From an uncultured Candidatus Saccharibacteria bacterium (GTDB taxonomy: Bacteria > Patescibacteriota > Minisyncoccia > Portnoybacterales > UBA2143), in contig CAZVUG010000005.1 of NCBI GenBank assembly GCA_964629675.1, forward strand, positions 5,806 to 69,805: a DNA stretch of 64,000 bases, given 5' to 3'. The position numbers and the translations under genes were made by a program. The notes beneath the pieces are model-generated. The model ran no database searches and was not told where the DNA came from. It saw only the letters and a list, made by a program, of their open reading frames with translations. Shown here one piece after another: positions 63,760-64,000 of the stretch. Position 1 is the stretch's first letter, and every line of letters begins with the position of its first letter.

Positions 63760-64000
63760 ATGGAGGGAAATTTCCCAAGAAATAAATTGAATAAGCGTAA
63801 TATTCTTAATGCTTTATTTGACGTACGTCCAGTTAAAAAAAGTGGCGATTTAGACTTATCCAGAATTAGGAAAATTGGCCAAATTCTTGATCTAAGCGAA
63901 ATAGTAAAGAAGAAAAAAGAAGAAGAAATTAATTTAAACCAGAATTTACTTAGAATAAAAGCTAAGCCAATTGTTCGCAAAATAAAACTTTCGGTAAAGC
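63760..64000 (+). CDS. N-terminus of a gene running off the right edge
   Basis: MEGNFPRNKLNKRNILNALFDVRPVKKSGDLDLSRI... open to the window end; product not assignable. Confidence 0.6.
   Translation, partial: MEGNFPRNKLNKRNILNALFDVRPVKKSGDLDLSRIRKIGQILDLSEIVKKKKEEEINLNQNLLRIKAKPIVRKIKLSVK

Overview
AT-rich bacterial core-genome window, most likely Patescibacteria/CPR (Parcubacteria-like). The assignment rests on rpmD missing between rpsE and rplO, no rplA after rplK, mostly SD-less genes with very short leaders, and shortened ThrS/PheT/MiaB. It holds the str-S10-spc ribosomal cluster (rpsL..secY-adk-map), hisS, thrS, pheST, gatCA/gatB, dnaE, ligA, gyrB, secE-nusG-rplK, a dCMP deaminase-thyX-tmk-glyA-folD block, miaAB, galT-dedA-tpiA-pgk, recJ-rnhA, RNase P RNA, five tRNAs and the start of a surface-polysaccharide cluster. 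The most interesting region is about 2980-9733. There, a doubly repeated TGTCA-N9-T(G/T)ACA operator precedes an unannotated 33-aa membrane peptide and an acyl-ACP-reductase-like enzyme, followed by a multi-TM/GAF histidine kinase and a receiver-only regulator abutting pilMNOP; this is a candidate signalling module for type IV pili. Other candidates are a boxA-like+AGGAGG leader on accessory cassettes, a 7-bp-periodic hairpin forming the tuf 5' UTR, a terminator/antiterminator switch before rplC, a Phd-like protein with an SSB-like tail between fusA and tuf, a membrane-anchored HEPN-motif protein, a ThyX with an altered signature, an atypical initiator tRNA and a reduced RNase P RNA. No CRISPR, transposase or integrase was seen. 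All calls were made by eye, with no database searches.
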